A DNA stretch of 61,391 nucleotides, counting the filler, from Jimgerdemannia flammicorona (Eukaryota), in assembly GCA_003990765.1 (NCBI GenBank). It is 2 parts of 2 records of this genome, joined end to end, with 100 filler letters (N's around TTAATTAATTAA, not from the genome) between each part and the next. Parts side by side here need not be neighbours in the genome. Positions count along the whole stretch, not along the records: positions 1 to 30,659 come from RBNJ01000432.1; positions 30,760 to 61,391 come from RBNJ01000433.1. One strand, written 5' to 3'. Positions 25,150 through 38,759 of this stretch are shown here, piece by piece (positions within the stretch are counted from its first letter, which is position 1; each line of letters begins with the position of its first letter). The notes below the pieces were generated by a model. It was given only the letters and a program-made list of their open reading frames with translations, was not told the origin of the DNA and searched no databases. A program made the translations under genes and the position numbers.

Positions 25150-28100
25150 TCTCTCTCTGCTACAATTCATGTTACACACACTTTACAACACACTTTCAAT
25201 TCGTTTATTGGAGAAAGATATTAAGGAGATATCAACCAGCAAGTAAGCCGATGCACGTACTAGGTTGGGTAGATCTGGGGCCTTTGACTGGTAACATGTC
25301 AGGAGAGGGTATGGGCTGGGGATGGGTTCTTTGGTGGCTCAAGTGGACTGAGCAGCTTGGGGAGTGGAGGTGGCACTGGTGGGGGGGCTGGAGGGCAGCA
25401 GGGGAGGAGCTTTGTGGACATGCTGAGAACTGGGGGTTGGCCGATGGGCACTCACAGTAAACAGGCAGGAGGGAAGGGGAAGCAGAAGGATGGGAATACT
25501 GGGGGAGCTGGGCCTTTGCTGGTGGGAGGTAAAGGAAGTGGAGTAGTGGCTGGGGGTAGTGGTGGGACTGCTGATGGTGGCATGACAGTGAATCAGGAAA
25601 AAAAAAGAGATGTGATGGCTGATGGCCAGGGGGGGCAGGGGTTCCTGATGTGGAAGGGGGACCTGGTAGATGGTGTAATGGGAATGGTAGTGGCCCCATT
25701 GCTCAAGAAGTTGATTTTGGCATTTGCGGCTACCTTGTGCTTCCAGGGCTTGGCAGTGATGGTGAGGATGGTCTTGGGGCTTATTTCGAAGCAGGTGGCT
25801 GGGGCGGCCTCAGTGAAGTTCTTGAAGGGCCTGGAGGGGGTTGAGGTGGGCTTTGAGGAGGCAGGTCTACTGGATGAGGCCATGAAGACTAGAGTGGTAA
25901 TTGGGGAGGTGGTGGTCCCCATGGTGAGGTGCTTGAGGTGGGACCCCAGGGTGGTGCAACTTCTGGTGAGGGGGGTGCCCACAGTGACTAAGGAGGAGAC
26001 TAGGAGGAGGGTGGAGGAGGTGATGGTCGAATATGGTGACATGGTGGATATAGGCTTTCAGTTGTGAGAGAGGACAATGTTCAGGACAGGTGACATTGAT
26101 GTTAGGATTCAGTTGGCAGGGAAAGAGGCCACAGGGAAGACAAGTGACTGGCTATTGGTGCTGATGTGGGGGGGCCTTTGTCTGTAAGGTATTGAGGGTG
26201 AAAGGGAGTGAAGAGGAGGAGGAGGACTTGATGGAGGCACTGGAGGAGTTGAGTGGTGCTGTGGAGAGGAGGGCAAAGGCCTGGAAGCTGTATGAGGAGT
26301 CCATGCATCTGGAGGTTATGGATGGGAAGCATATCTGTACTGATAGGAAGTAGTGGGAGTGGGCCCAGGGACATAAGAGGCAGAGGGAGCTTTTGGTAAG
26401 TATGACAGAAGGGGTGAAGGAGAAGTTGGTTGGAGCTGAGGAGTCTGGAGGTGTTAAGACCAGTGTCTGGGCTAGTAAAGGAGGAGAGGAGGTGGTGGCA
26501 AATGAGGCAGGGGCTGGGAAGACACAGGATAAGAATCCATATACTGATGGTACCTTCAAAGTATGGGAGTCAGAGTTGGATACCACCCCCCCCCCACTTA
26601 TCAGGAGGGGCCGGGCTGGGAAGAGAGGAGTGACGGAGGATGTACTGATGCAGGGGGCCCAGCGAGTGCAATTTGGGGTTCCTGATGTAGTGAAAGGGGG
26701 CCAGGTAGTGGTAGTTGGCAAGGATGAGCTGGTGGATATCCCTGAGGAGGAGTGGGATGAGGCTGCCAGTGTTGGAGCTGACACCACAATGTTGGATGCA
26801 GGGTGGCCAGGGACTCCAGGAGAGAAGGAGGTGGGGAACTTGTTGTGGATGAGCAAGGTGATGGCAGAGACTTTGGGGGAAGTAGACCTGCGAGCGATGC
26901 CTAAGGAGTATTGGGCATGGGTTCTGTATGGTGATGGAGTGGTAGAGGCACTGAAGGTGGAGATTCTCGCAATTTTCCTAGAGGAGGAGGGATATGAGGT
27001 TGATGAGGTGAGGAAGGCAGAGCTGGTGGTGGTCGCTGGTGAGCAGGCAGTCTACTGTTGGGCAGAGTGTCATGGACTACAGCTCTGGCAGGAGGCCTGT
27101 ATGGAGTATCATGAGGACTTTGAGGAGTGGGAAGATGGGGCAATGGTGGAACTTCTGGGAGAGTTAGAGGCACAGGAAGCTGGGGAAAGGGAACTGGCTG
27201 CTGAATGTATCTTGGAATTAGTGCAGGAGGAGCCGAAGGTAGACTTGTAGAGGATGGGATCACAATATATCATTCTTCTTTATGAACAGTACAACCAACA
27301 TTTTCTCTTTGAATGTGAATGGGTTAAGGGGCTCTGGGCAGCGTAGGAATATTTTTACTTAGCTCAAGGGATTGGAGGCTGATCTCTTTTTACTACAGGA
27401 TATTCAGTGTGAGGATGAGGATAATTGGGTAGAGTGGACTAGGGAATGGGGTGGGGCTACTGCTTGGTTTGGGAAAGTAGCAATTCTGGTGAGGAAGAGC
27501 AGAGGAGACTTGGGGGGAATCAGGAGTTGGGGCGATTGCCTGGTCTGGGGAGATTGGCATTAGCCAGGGTGGGAATTAGTGAAGATGGGCTCTGGCTACT
27601 GCCCTGCAGCTAGAGGTGAGAGGACTGCATGGATTAGAGGGCTGCTGGAGGAGGGTATTCTCTTGGAGGAAGGGGTAGATGTTCTCGGTGGGAACTTTAA
27701 TATGGTTCAGGATCAGTATCTGGACAGAACTGATGGAGGGAGGAATGCAGGGGGGAGAAGTGGAGATCTGGATGCTTGGGAGGAGGTGGAGAACTTGAGC
27801 TCCTTAGGGGATTTGGGCAGAATATGGTAGGGCGATACCAGGGTCTACACACATTGGGTGAATGGACTGGATACTAGGATTGACTGGATTCTGACAGCCA
27901 GGTGTTGGGGTGTTGATGTTTGGAAGATGTTGGAGGTAGAGTGGTGTCCATGGTCTGATCACTGGGGACTTTTGGGGCAGGGACAGTTTGGGGAGAGTGG
28001 AGATGGACCCAGACATTGGTGCCTTAACTCCTCCCTGCTGGCCGAAAAGGGGTTGTGGGACTCTTGGGCAGAGGACATTCAGGCAAAGGTCTGTACCTGG

Positions 28101-30214
28101 AGACTTGAGGGTTTGGATATAGGGGTATGTTGGATGAGATTGAAAGAGGCTGCAAGGGTCTATTGGAGAGGAGCTGGTAGAGAAGCAGAGAGATGGAGGA
28201 GGAAGCACACAAGGTGTGCTTCTAGCAGGCTGAGGAGATTGCATAGGGATTGGGCAGGCTTGCTTACTTTGGATGGGGTGGAGGATTGGAGGATAGGGCA
28301 GGCGAAATTGGAGATAGTGGAACTGCAACAGATGTTGAGAGAGGAGGAGGAGACTCATATGTGAGGTATGGCTGCTAGGCTATGGTGGCAGGGACTTGAG
28401 GAGGGTGAGCAGCCTACTAGGTACTTATCAAGACTCCTCAAAGCTAGGAGAGTGAGACATCAGTGGGATGGGGTCCTTGATGTCGATGGAAATATGGTGC
28501 ATGGAACATAACAAATCTTAGGGATTCTGAAGGTGAGATAGCAGGGTCTGTGGAGTGAGAGAGAAGGGGGTGCTGATGAGGTGGCGATTGCAGACACACT
28601 AGAGGAGTGGGGGCCACCGATCATAGATGGACTGGGTGACTTGATCTTGCCAGTACAAGGAGAGGAGATACAGAGTATCCTTGCCGCAACTAAGCTTGGA
28701 ACAGCACCAGGGGAGGATGGATTACTGTGGGACTTCTGGAAGATGATGGTGAAGGTCCCCAGAGTGTTGGGTGAGATGGCTGCTCTCTGTGACCACATTC
28801 TTCAGAGTGGTGAGTGGGTTGAAGAGCAGGACCTTGGGCTAGTGGCCTTATTGTATAAAGATAAGGGGAGGAGGGAAGACTGGAAGAACTGGAGACTGAT
28901 CATGCTTCTGGATATGGACAGGAAGATGGTGACTAAGGTGATTGTCGCAAGGCTGCAGAAAGTTGCCCAACAGGTGCTGGGGGAGGAGCAGCGGGGCTTT
29001 GTTGAGGGCAGACTTATAAGGGATGGGACTGCATGGGTGCATGGTGTCATTGAAGGGGCCCAGACTTGTGGACTAGATAGAAGGCTGGTCTTTTTGGACC
29101 AGGAGAAGGCCTATAACTGTGTATGGCAGGTTTGGCTAGGCAAGGTTTTGGATCGAATTGGTGTTCCCCCAAGATTTCGGGCTTCTATATTGAACTTGCT
29201 AGAGAGCAGTCAGGCGGCACTGATGTGTAATGGTCACTATGGTCTGGCCTTTTCCTTGGGGAGAGGAGTGCCTCAGGGGGATCCTCTGTCCCCAATTCTA
29301 TATGCCCTTTCGTTGGAGCCATTGATGGATAGAATTCACTAGAAGGTAGCAGGGCTCTCTATATATAGTATAGTGTGGAAGGTGGGGGCCTTTGCTGATG
29401 ATATGGTAGTTGGACTTGGGTCTGTGGCAGATGTCAAGACACTTAGAGAGACAGTGGAATGGTATGAGGCTCACTCTGGGGTAAAGCTCAACTAGCATAA
29501 GTGTGAGACAATGGTGCTTGGGAATGGGCTGGTGGGTGGGGACATCATTGGAACAATTGTCCCTACTGGTGAGGTGGTGCAGTATCTGGGTATCTTCCTT
29601 TCTGTTTATGGTTCTGTCTTGCCACAAGTGTGGTGGGAGAACAGGGTGACCATTTGGAGAGAGGCCCTTCAAGGTTGGGGAGGATGACATATCTCTCTGG
29701 CAGGGCGGGTGTCAATTCTGAATGTATACTGGTTCCCCAAGCTGTGGTATGTGGCCTATCACCTTGACTTCCCAGCTTGGGTAGTGAAGCAGCTGACAAA
29801 GGTGGCTAGAGATTGGATTTGGGCAGGGAGGAGGTCCCAGATCAGTTGGGATACTCTTGCAACACTGGTAGTCAGGGGAGGTCTTGGTCTTGTGGATTTC
29901 CCCAAGAGGCTGCACTGCTTGCAGGCCTGGTGGTTGAAGAGAGCTGCTGAACTACAGAGAGGGAGATGGGTGCCTCTGTTACAGAAGGTGTGGGAGATGA
30001 GAACCTCCCCTTGTGGATTCTCAGGAGATCTGCTCTCCTTGGTAGGGTTGAATGGAATTCGGCAGCTGTGGTTTAAGGGCTTTTGGTGGAGAGTGGTAGT
30101 TGGAGCACACCAAATTGGCCTGTGCTGGTAAGATAATGAGAGGGAGGTGATGTAGGGGCCTAGCATGTGGCAATGGAATAGGCTGCTCCTAGGGGGTGCC
30201 CCACTTACTATGTT
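25150..30214 (+). mobile_element. L1/Tx1-like LINE (ORF1 plus APE-RT ORF2), decayed, interrupted at 30214
   Basis: ORF1 to 27250; ORF2 from ATG 27282: SLNVNGL, GGNFN, TRIDWIL, WSDH, APGEDG, LDQEKAY, GVPQGDPLSP, FADD; many TAG/TGA stops. Confidence 0.93.
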
Positions 30215-30759
30215 TGTAAGCGCACAACCTCCAAGCCACCGAAATCACACGTCACCCTCTGGACAAGCCACCGAAATCACACGTCACCCTCTGGACAAGC
30301 CACTGAAATCACACGCGACCTCCGAACAAATCTAGAAATCACCTGTCTGATCATGAAGCTGAGTCAAACCGAAGTCACAGTGCACAAAGCTGAGTCAATA
30401 CAAAGTCACGGAACACAAGATTCACACAAACGGAATCTTACCAATCAGGACCAAATGCATATATACCGAGCACCGAGATACGTCGAAACAGAGAACCAAA
30501 ACAAACAACAACCACAACTTCCAATACACACAAACATGACCACCGAGATCTATAACCGCATCCGCGCTGACATTTGGAATGCCATTGTCAACCAAGCCAC
30601 ACCCCCTCTGCCCCTCATGAATATCCATAGCCTGGCACCCCTCTACTTTGTGGAAGCCCNNNNNNNNNNNNNNNNNNNNNNNNNNNNNNNNNNNNNNNNN
30701 NNNTTAATTAATTAANNNNNNNNNNNNNNNNNNNNNNNNNNNNNNNNNNNNNNNNNNNN

Positions 30760-30801
<42 letters not shown>

Positions 30802-30995
30802 ATTTAATAGAGAGTGGTTTGGTAGTTTCAGTTTGGTAATAGAGAAAGATGTTAGGTATGTTGAGATTGGACATTAATAGTTGTTAAGTGACATTTAGAA
30901 AATGTAATTATTGACCGGATTGGGATGTGAATGATCGGACAGAAAAAGCAGTCTTCACTCAGATTTCACTCAGATTTCAATAAAGTGTGCTTACA
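30215..30995 (+). mobile_element. LTR-like element ends with inverted termini, on both sides of the gap
   Basis: TGTAAGCGCAC at 30215 and GTGTGCTTACA ending 30995; 32-bp tandem repeats 30232-30316; TATA-like site ~30459; ORF from ATG 30536; AATAAA before the right end. Flanks give no TSD. Confidence 0.55.
30660..30759. other. Artificial assembly spacer (N-run, TTAATTAATTAA, N-run)
   Basis: 100 bp total with a six-frame stop linker centred in Ns. Confidence 0.95.
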
Positions 30996-31534
30996 AGAAA
31001 GTTTTTTATGATAGAGGGTAACTATATATAATATAAACTATCATTGTGCTCAATGAAAAAGATATCAGTAAACCTAAAAATAATTTTCAGAGATTTTTCA
31101 GACTAGCTATATGGTGAGCTATCGGGTTGGTAGGCAATTTCCGAGGCCATTTATCGGGCCTCTAAAAAATTTTTTGACGGAACTTCCCCTGCATCCTTAA
31201 AAAGATGGGTGACATATAATTTGGGGTCAGGGTGACTGGGTCAGGTTAAAGATGGGTGACGTCTAATTCCGGGTTGGCTGTTTTACGGTTGGGTTTGCGG
31301 AGCACTAATCATGGCAAAACGCTAGAGAAATCATGATTATTCGGCTGAAGTTTTGTCACTCTAGGTATCTCACGTATAAAATCTTCTCATATTTCTATCA
31401 TCCTTTAACCTACTATTTCCCGCGACCAAAAGGTAATCGACTGCTTCTCGACCAAGGTAGGTATACTATGCCTGATTTGTGCGCCACCCATGTAAATAAA
31501 GCCCGTTCCTTCCGCACGTCCTAAATCACTCAAA

Positions 31535-34385
31535 ATGTCTACAACGCGACAAGGAAAAGCGACAAGTTCCAGCAAAAAGCCCTCGAAGCAAAAAACCACA
31601 GGAAGGAAGAAAATTGCTGGTCAAGGTATGAACTGTAGTTTATAGTCGTGGGTACACAAATTTTCGAAAAACGTTTCTCGGCATTTTCACGCTTCCCATT
31701 TCAACAAACGTATTAAGCGGTTCCCATGGACAGAGTTGGGGGCGTCAATATCTGGTATCAAGTTGAAGGCCGCGATGAAGCGTTGCTAGAAGGTTTCACT
31801 GGAATATACGTCAGCCAGGTGTTGAAAGAAATGAAGAATGAAAGCCAGCTTGCTGATCCGTCGGATACGTTGCAGCTTTTTGTCAAACAACAAGAATCCG
31901 ACAAGGAGATATCGTTGCGTGTCCTAGAGAAAGATAAGTTGAAGCAGGAGAAGCGGCTCAACTTCCAGGAATTGATTGAAAACTATAAAGTTGGCCCATT
32001 GAATCCCATCGTTGTTCGACTGCCAGGTACGCTTTTTTCGTCGCGGCTATTTCGTTTCTTGACTGCTCACTCAAACTTTCACGACCGTTACCTCTACGCA
32101 TTGCTCCTGTTATGGGAAGGTCATTTGGTCGTGCTGACTCTGTTGACATGTTTGAATTTGTCCTCTATTCTTCCATCAACTCTTCTTTTCATGCTCTGAA
32201 CTGTGTATCTTCTATTATCAGGGTTAAGGAGGAAACTATCAGATCTCGGCGATGGTAAGGATCTGCAATATTTAGACCAAAGTTTTTGGAGGTTTTTTTT
32301 TTGTTAATTCTTACTATTGTTCTTTTTGATAGATGAGCGCCCATATAAAAGGGTCAAAAAATTTTCAGTGAACGGGACCATTTTGCTAGAAGAATATGAA
32401 TCCTATTTTGTCTTGGATCAAGCTGAAGAGAACAAACCATTCCTCAAACACATCGACAATAATGGATTTGTGAGCTATCACGCGCCGCGTGCATCCGGCA
32501 AGTCCACTCGTATGTTGCAGCTTGTGAAACAGTTGGAAAACGGCGTCCATATGATTGATGGATTTAAGAAATTCGAATGTTTTTAGTAAGTGGATTGGCT
32601 CTATGATCAGGATTGTATAGGTTTAACTTGTTTGATTATACTAACGGCTATTACATAACTATGTCTCTATTGATCCCTCTTGCATAGCGTGGATTTCCAA
32701 TTTGTGAAAGTCAACAATGGGGACGATGCTTTCTGGCGTAGTCTTGGCGCTGCTTTTCCAAAGCAAAATACGCTGCCGGTCCAGATAACTAATGAGACTA
32801 CTTTCTGTCAAGCTTTTCGGAAGGACCGGCCGGAGCATACTGATCGATGGATTCGTCCTGTGGTTCTGATTTTCGACGAATTCGACATAATGATTTCACC
32901 AGAAGCGTCGGTTGCCCGCAGTTCCTGCCTTAAGACAATTCGCGGCATTAGAAACAATAGGATCAACTTTGTCATAGAATCCATCATCGTTGTTGGCACC
33001 TTCGGCGTCGTGATGATTAACCAGGATAATCCAAGTATATCGCCGTTCAACACTACCGAAAACTTCGGGGGCAAAAACTTCAGCCAGCTCCAGATGGAAA
33101 CTCTTTTTAAGGAGTTCTGTGATGCCCGAAAAGTGGCTCTCGACCCGCGGATTATCGACGATATCTATTCAAGAACGAGTGGGTGTGTAAATAGTTGAAA
33201 TTATGATGTTGGAATTCTTCTCAATTACTCATAATTCGGTGCGTATCTTTTATAGGCATGCTGGACTGGTTTGTCTTTGCGGCCGTGCAATCGATGAAGA
33301 CCTCATAGGGTACTCTGACGCCTCAATCGGCATCGAATCTTGGCAAAGCTTCGCCGTCACCCAATTGCAGGATTCAGTGATGAGCCATCGTACGTTCAAG
33401 AGGTTGATAAATAATCTCAATAGTAAAGAAATGAAAGATTGTGTGGCCTTCCTGCGGAGGGTATTTCTGGCCAATCCCGATCCCATCCGTATCACCGACA
33501 ACGACGAAATTAGGCTGTCGGAGCTTCTTGCCAAGGAAGGAGTTCTGATGGTTACAAATAGAAACACCTTCATAATGGCCTCGCCCTTGCTGCGCTCTCT
33601 CATCATGAAGAATGTCATTACCAATCAGTTGCCTTGTCCATCGACTGGAGTTCCGTTACGCCAAGACTATAGCCTCAACGTACTTGAGGTTCTGAAAACC
33701 GTCGTTCCTTTATTCGTTCAACGCGACATGATAAATGGAGCCGAATTTTCTTACAAGGTGGCGCCTGTGAAGGTCAACGACTCATCGAATAAGCGGGTTC
33801 CAAGAGAGAGCGTGTACCAGCAACAATTGGTCGGCATTCTCACAAATTGGCTTGGGGCAATTACATATGAACTTATCGGTCAATACCATACCCGGGGAGC
33901 ATTAGGCAATCCAAGGTATTGCGACGTGGTGTTAACGGCGCCTAATACTCTAGGGCATACCCAGCCCACGACAATTCTCGAACTCCTCGCGACATCGACG
34001 AATTCTGAACTAAATGCACATTACGAACGCGCGCTGGAATATGCCGAAACCTTCAATATTCGTCATCAAGGCTCCTCTCTCAATACTCGAGATATCTGGG
34101 TTGTCCATTTTACTTGCGAGGATGACGCCACTGGGAGGGATAATTGCTCTTGGCCATCCAAAGAGCAGCAAGCGAAGAACTTAAACGCTGTCGTCTTTTG
34201 GCACAACCTCGATTTCACGGAGATTCGAATGAGCGCGTGTTGGAAAGACAAAGAACGTGAAGATATGAAAGAAGTGTATGACGAACAGGTATATTTCAAT
34301 ACGGTTATCTTGCCCTTGTTTAATACATTTTTTTCCTAATCATTTAACGACCTTTGATCAATTGCAGATTTTCCAAAGAGGGTGA
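31535..34385 (+). CDS. Crinkler (CRN)-type protein: N-terminal domain, P-loop NTPase, PD-(D/E)XK-like nuclease
   Basis: Exons 31535-31625, 31718-32026, 32222-32254, 32333-32585, 32688-33182, 33256-34288, 34368-34385 splice in phase with no stops; NPIVVRLP boundary motif, Walker A HAPRASGKST, Walker B VLIFDEFD, TSGHAGLV, RESVYQ...YCDVVL...LELLAT...HYERALEYA...WVVHF. Could end at 34339 if the last intron is retained. Confidence 0.85.
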
Positions 34386-35091
34386 AAAGTTTACCAACCC
34401 CCCCCCTCCCAAAAAAGAAAAAAAAAAAAAATTAATTTTTCCTTTCGCCTCTTTCCATATGTGTTTCCGATCTGTTGTCACGGACAAACACTGCGGTAGC
34501 GCTATTATAACTCGAATCATAAATACAAAGTGTTTTTACTTGAACAATAAAGGGCACTCAAAAGGCTGGGATCTTTACACGTTATCCCTGTTCTCAACTA
34601 CTAACTTTGGGTCTCAATGACCGAATAAAAAACTAAAACAAAAGGTTTTACGAATACCTCTCCCTCACATGTTACATTTCCTGTAGTTGTGATTAATCAA
34701 AACCTTTTCTCATTGTCAATAACTCACTTGGCTATGCTTTTATTTGATAATAACATCTAACTTATGTACATCCGTCTACCCATTGGTTCATTCCTTTCGA
34801 ACTGACTGCTTTTGACGTCTGTCCGTCTGTCGGCCCAACCATTCTTTTTCTTAAATTATCACACTTGAACATCCAGGTAAGTAGTTATTTTCTTTCAAGC
34901 AACAGTTTGATGTGAAAAATAAAATAAAATAAAAACAAAGAGAGGGGGAAGGGAAAGTATACAACAAAGTGGTGAGGTTTCACTATAATCATCAGAATAT
35001 GTTATAATTAATCACATTTTTATATTTGTATTCACTCTTTAGTTTAATAATTACTCCTACTATGTCAGATTCTATCCAACCATCTGAGATC

Positions 35092-35122
<31 letters not shown>

Positions 35123-38100
35123 GTTACTCAGACTTCCCTTTATTACCACAATTTATAAATAATAATATAATTTCACCTCCCACCCCTCACCCAATATCTC
35201 TCAGATCTCTTTCTCTACTCTCCATTCCTCTCTATTAGAGAATGACTCAACCACCTACCACCTTAACCCTCTCTCCACTTTTCTAGCAAATACAATTCAC
35301 CAAACTCTACTGGTCCCCCCCACCTGGGTCTCGCTCTCTCCACCAGTTATTCAAAATGTCAAGTAGTAACTATTCCCATCATACCACTTTAGTTCTAACC
35401 TCAATCCACTGGTTCTCTTCAAATACATACAATCAATGTCCAGCCAGCCCAATCCAAATCACCAAAACCCAGCCCAAGATCAACTATTCGTCTCTAACTC
35501 TGCCTACTAGCCTTTGGCAGAGGTTCCCCCATCTCTCCCCTTCCCCCCCCCCACCAGGGCCCACAGTTCCAACTGATTCACAATATGGTACCAAAACTCC
35601 CCCAGGACTTTACACTTGCCAAGCCAATGTTCAGACATTTGTATCACTCCCCCCTCCTAGTCAACATCCATACATTCCTCACACTCAAATGTACCATCTG
35701 CTACCAAGTACCCAGACCAATATTTCAGCATCACATTCTGCCTCAGAAACCTCCACCAAACCACCCAGAACTTGGGGGGAAAGCCACTGCATCACCTGCT
35801 TGCTCCAAGTCCAAAGACCATTCCAGTCTCACTTCTTACTGATCCCTACTCTCAGCCATGCCACAGGCCATAGATCCCCCCCTAGGCCCTGTATGTAATC
35901 CATTCCATTACCAAGTTGGAAATCCTCCACCAATGTACCTCCCAGCAATAGCCTGTTCCATCTCCACATCTGCAGGCCCTAGTTCTCTTCCCCCTCATCA
36001 CTCTGCTACTGAAGTTCAATTCTCCTCACACCATCTACCACCCTCTACCAAAAGCCTTTATACTATATTCTCCTGCTTCCATTCAGAGCCACTATTGTAA
36101 GCAGGTCACCAGTTACTCTATGAGGGGAATACCAGACTTCCCACACTCTCTACATGAGAGGTACCCACTCCTGACCCCTCAACTCACTTACTCTCTTCAG
36201 CCACCATGCTCTCAGACAATGAAGGTGTTTGGTAAAGTCTACCAAGCCTAGCCCTCCTCTATCAACAGACAGAGTCAGAACCTCTCAACCTATCTGACTT
36301 TGCCATCCAGCCCAGATCTATGATCTTGCCATCTTCAGAAGTCACCTGACCACCTACACCAGGAAGTTCAGATGATATCCTATATATCATAGCTTTGGCA
36401 GCCAGTACACATTCAGTACCATCACCCTTTCTGCCAAGAATATATGCTGACCACCCCACCTCAAGAGCATATTTCCCTACACTAAAAGCTACTATTCCTA
36501 CCATGCATCGGGTAAGAGAGACCTATATACCAAAAAGTAGATCTCCAGATACCAAACCAGTTCTCCTGCTGGTACCACTGTTCCAATCACATCACTGCCA
36601 ACTATTCTGCCACCTAGCACCAGAGTCTCATATTTGTGGCAATTGAGTTTAGCTCCCAAGCCCCTCTTATACCATTCTACAGATCTTCTTAATTTCTCTA
36701 CATCTTCCAATGAACCTAGTCCAACCACCATATTATCTGCAAAAGCTCCAACTTTCCAGTTAATTCCCAAAATATCCAAACCCCCAATTTGATGTCTGAT
36801 CCTGTCTAATAAGAGCTCCAAGAAAAGGGCATATAAGATAGGTGACAAAGGATCTCCTTGAGCACCTCATGACCTAGTGGAAAAGTCACACCTCTGTGTC
36901 CATTCACTATCAATACTACTTAACTGATCTCCAATAGACTGATTAATGACCTCTTGAACCCAGAGGGAACTCTCACTCATTTCAGTACCCCCTCCAGCCA
37001 GACCCTCTACACTCTGTCATATATCTTCTCTTGATCCAGAAACACTAACCAGTCATTCACCCCAGCTACCTGAGCTCCTTCACCAACAAATCCCCACTAT
37101 TCTACTCCTAGTACCTGCTGAGTGATCCCCTGCAGTCTAGTCACCAAGATCTTAGTTACCAGCTTACAGACCATATCAAGGAGCATGATCAGTCACCAGT
37201 TCTTCCAATCTTCTCTTCTCTCTTTATCCTTATATAGTAAAGAGACAAGCCCCAAGCACTGGCTCCCAATCCATGATTCAGATCAAAGGACCTCATTACT
37301 CATTGCTGTCATCTCCTTCAATACCACTTCCACCCTGGCCATCTTCTTCCAAAAATCCCAGGAGAGCCCATCCTCTTCTGGAGCAGTTCCTTTGCATGTT
37401 GAAGCCAAGACCTTGCATACTTCCTCCCCCTTCACTGGATCCCCCAGTGTCCCCAGGCCCAGAGCTGAGTCTGGATACCAATCCTCCAACTGCCATTCAA
37501 TGTTCAGGGCATCCTCCCTCCCTTCTTCCTCACTCCATAAATTCCCCCAGTGAGTCCTCAGCAATTTTAGAATCTTAGAAGTCCCTGCCACCATCACCCC
37601 ATCCTCATCCAGAATCTCCTCCTACCACTGTCTAGTTCTCCTAGCCTGAAGCAACTGTGAAAGAAATCTGGTGGACCTCTCTCCCTCCTCCAATCCCTAC
37701 CACTACAGCCTCACCACTATTCCCTTTGACTGAACCTCTTTCTCCATTTGTAGCACTTTCTTTAACTCATCAACTTCCTTTTGTATCTGCTGAATTCTCT
37801 AATCTGCTGTCCCCCAATCCTCCAGTGACTCTGCCCATCTCCCCAGAAGTGTCTCCAATCTCTGTGAAGCCCATCGCACTTGCCACTACCTCTGAGCACT
37901 CCTCCCTTTCCCCACCTCCCTCCAGTATCTCTGAGCACTTGATTTCAGCTGCTGCCAGCGATCCCCAATCACAAACCCCTGCTCCTGCCATCTACAAATC
38001 TTCTCAATAACTTCTACCTCCCAGGCTATCCATAAGGAACCATCCTCCAGCAAAGAAGAATTCAGCCACCAATATCCTGGTCTGTCCCCACTTCCCCCAA

Positions 38101-38730
38101 ATCTCCTACCCCTAATCAGACCCCAGTGATCTGACCATGGGCACCAAACCACCTCCAGTGCATCCCAGACATCTACTTCCCAGCACTCAGCCATCAATAC
38201 CCAGTCAATCCTAGAGTCTAGTCCTGCCACCCAGTGGGTATGAATTTGGTAGTCCACTCAGAACCATTGCCCTGAGTCAATCAGTGAGCTCAACCTCTCA
38301 ATCTCCATCCAATTATTTAATCTGCCACTTTGGCCTCTAATTCCTCTCCCACCATCAGTCCTGTCCATCCCATTATTCTGTACTATATTGAAATCCCTCT
38401 CCAGACAATCAATCTCAGCCTCACCCATGACACCAGCCTCCCTCAGGCCTCTGATCTAATCTATGTATTCCCCCCTCTCAGCTGGGCAATAACATGACCC
38501 AACAATTAAAGGATTCCATCCAGGCCTCTTCCATACTCCCTACACCAACCTACTCCCCCAATATCCAATATCCACAATATCACCTATCCCCTTTCGAACC
38601 AGAATGCCCACCTGCCCAGTCATACAGCTGCCCCACCCCATTCTCTAGTCCAGTCCAGTAAGTCCATGTTGACCTCATACCATACATCCTGTAGTAAGAA
38701 GAGATCTACATCCATATTCCTAACTACTAA
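35092..38730 (-). mobile_element. LINE, ORF2 plus poly-A tail, decayed
   Basis: Poly-T and family 3' terminus at 35092-35150; SPILYAL, FADN, APEEDG, SRIDWVL, WSDH, LFLLQD motifs on the minus strand. Confidence 0.9.
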
Positions 38731-38759
38731 TCAAAAGTCTCCAAGTACTTCACACTCTC

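Noticed and set aside
25232..30166. Many Pro/Ser/His-rich minus-strand ORFs (also 35356-38010 plus strand and 53957-61385 minus strand)
   Set aside because: Shadow frames of strongly G-rich LINE coding strands.
30704..30715. TTAATTAATTAA as a biological palindrome
   Set aside because: Centred in N runs; standard six-frame stop linker. Adjacency across it should not be trusted.
30215..30995. Single intact solo LTR with TSD
   Set aside because: Flanks differ (ATGTT versus AGAAA) and the LINE does not resume after 30995, so the two ends may be from different copies.
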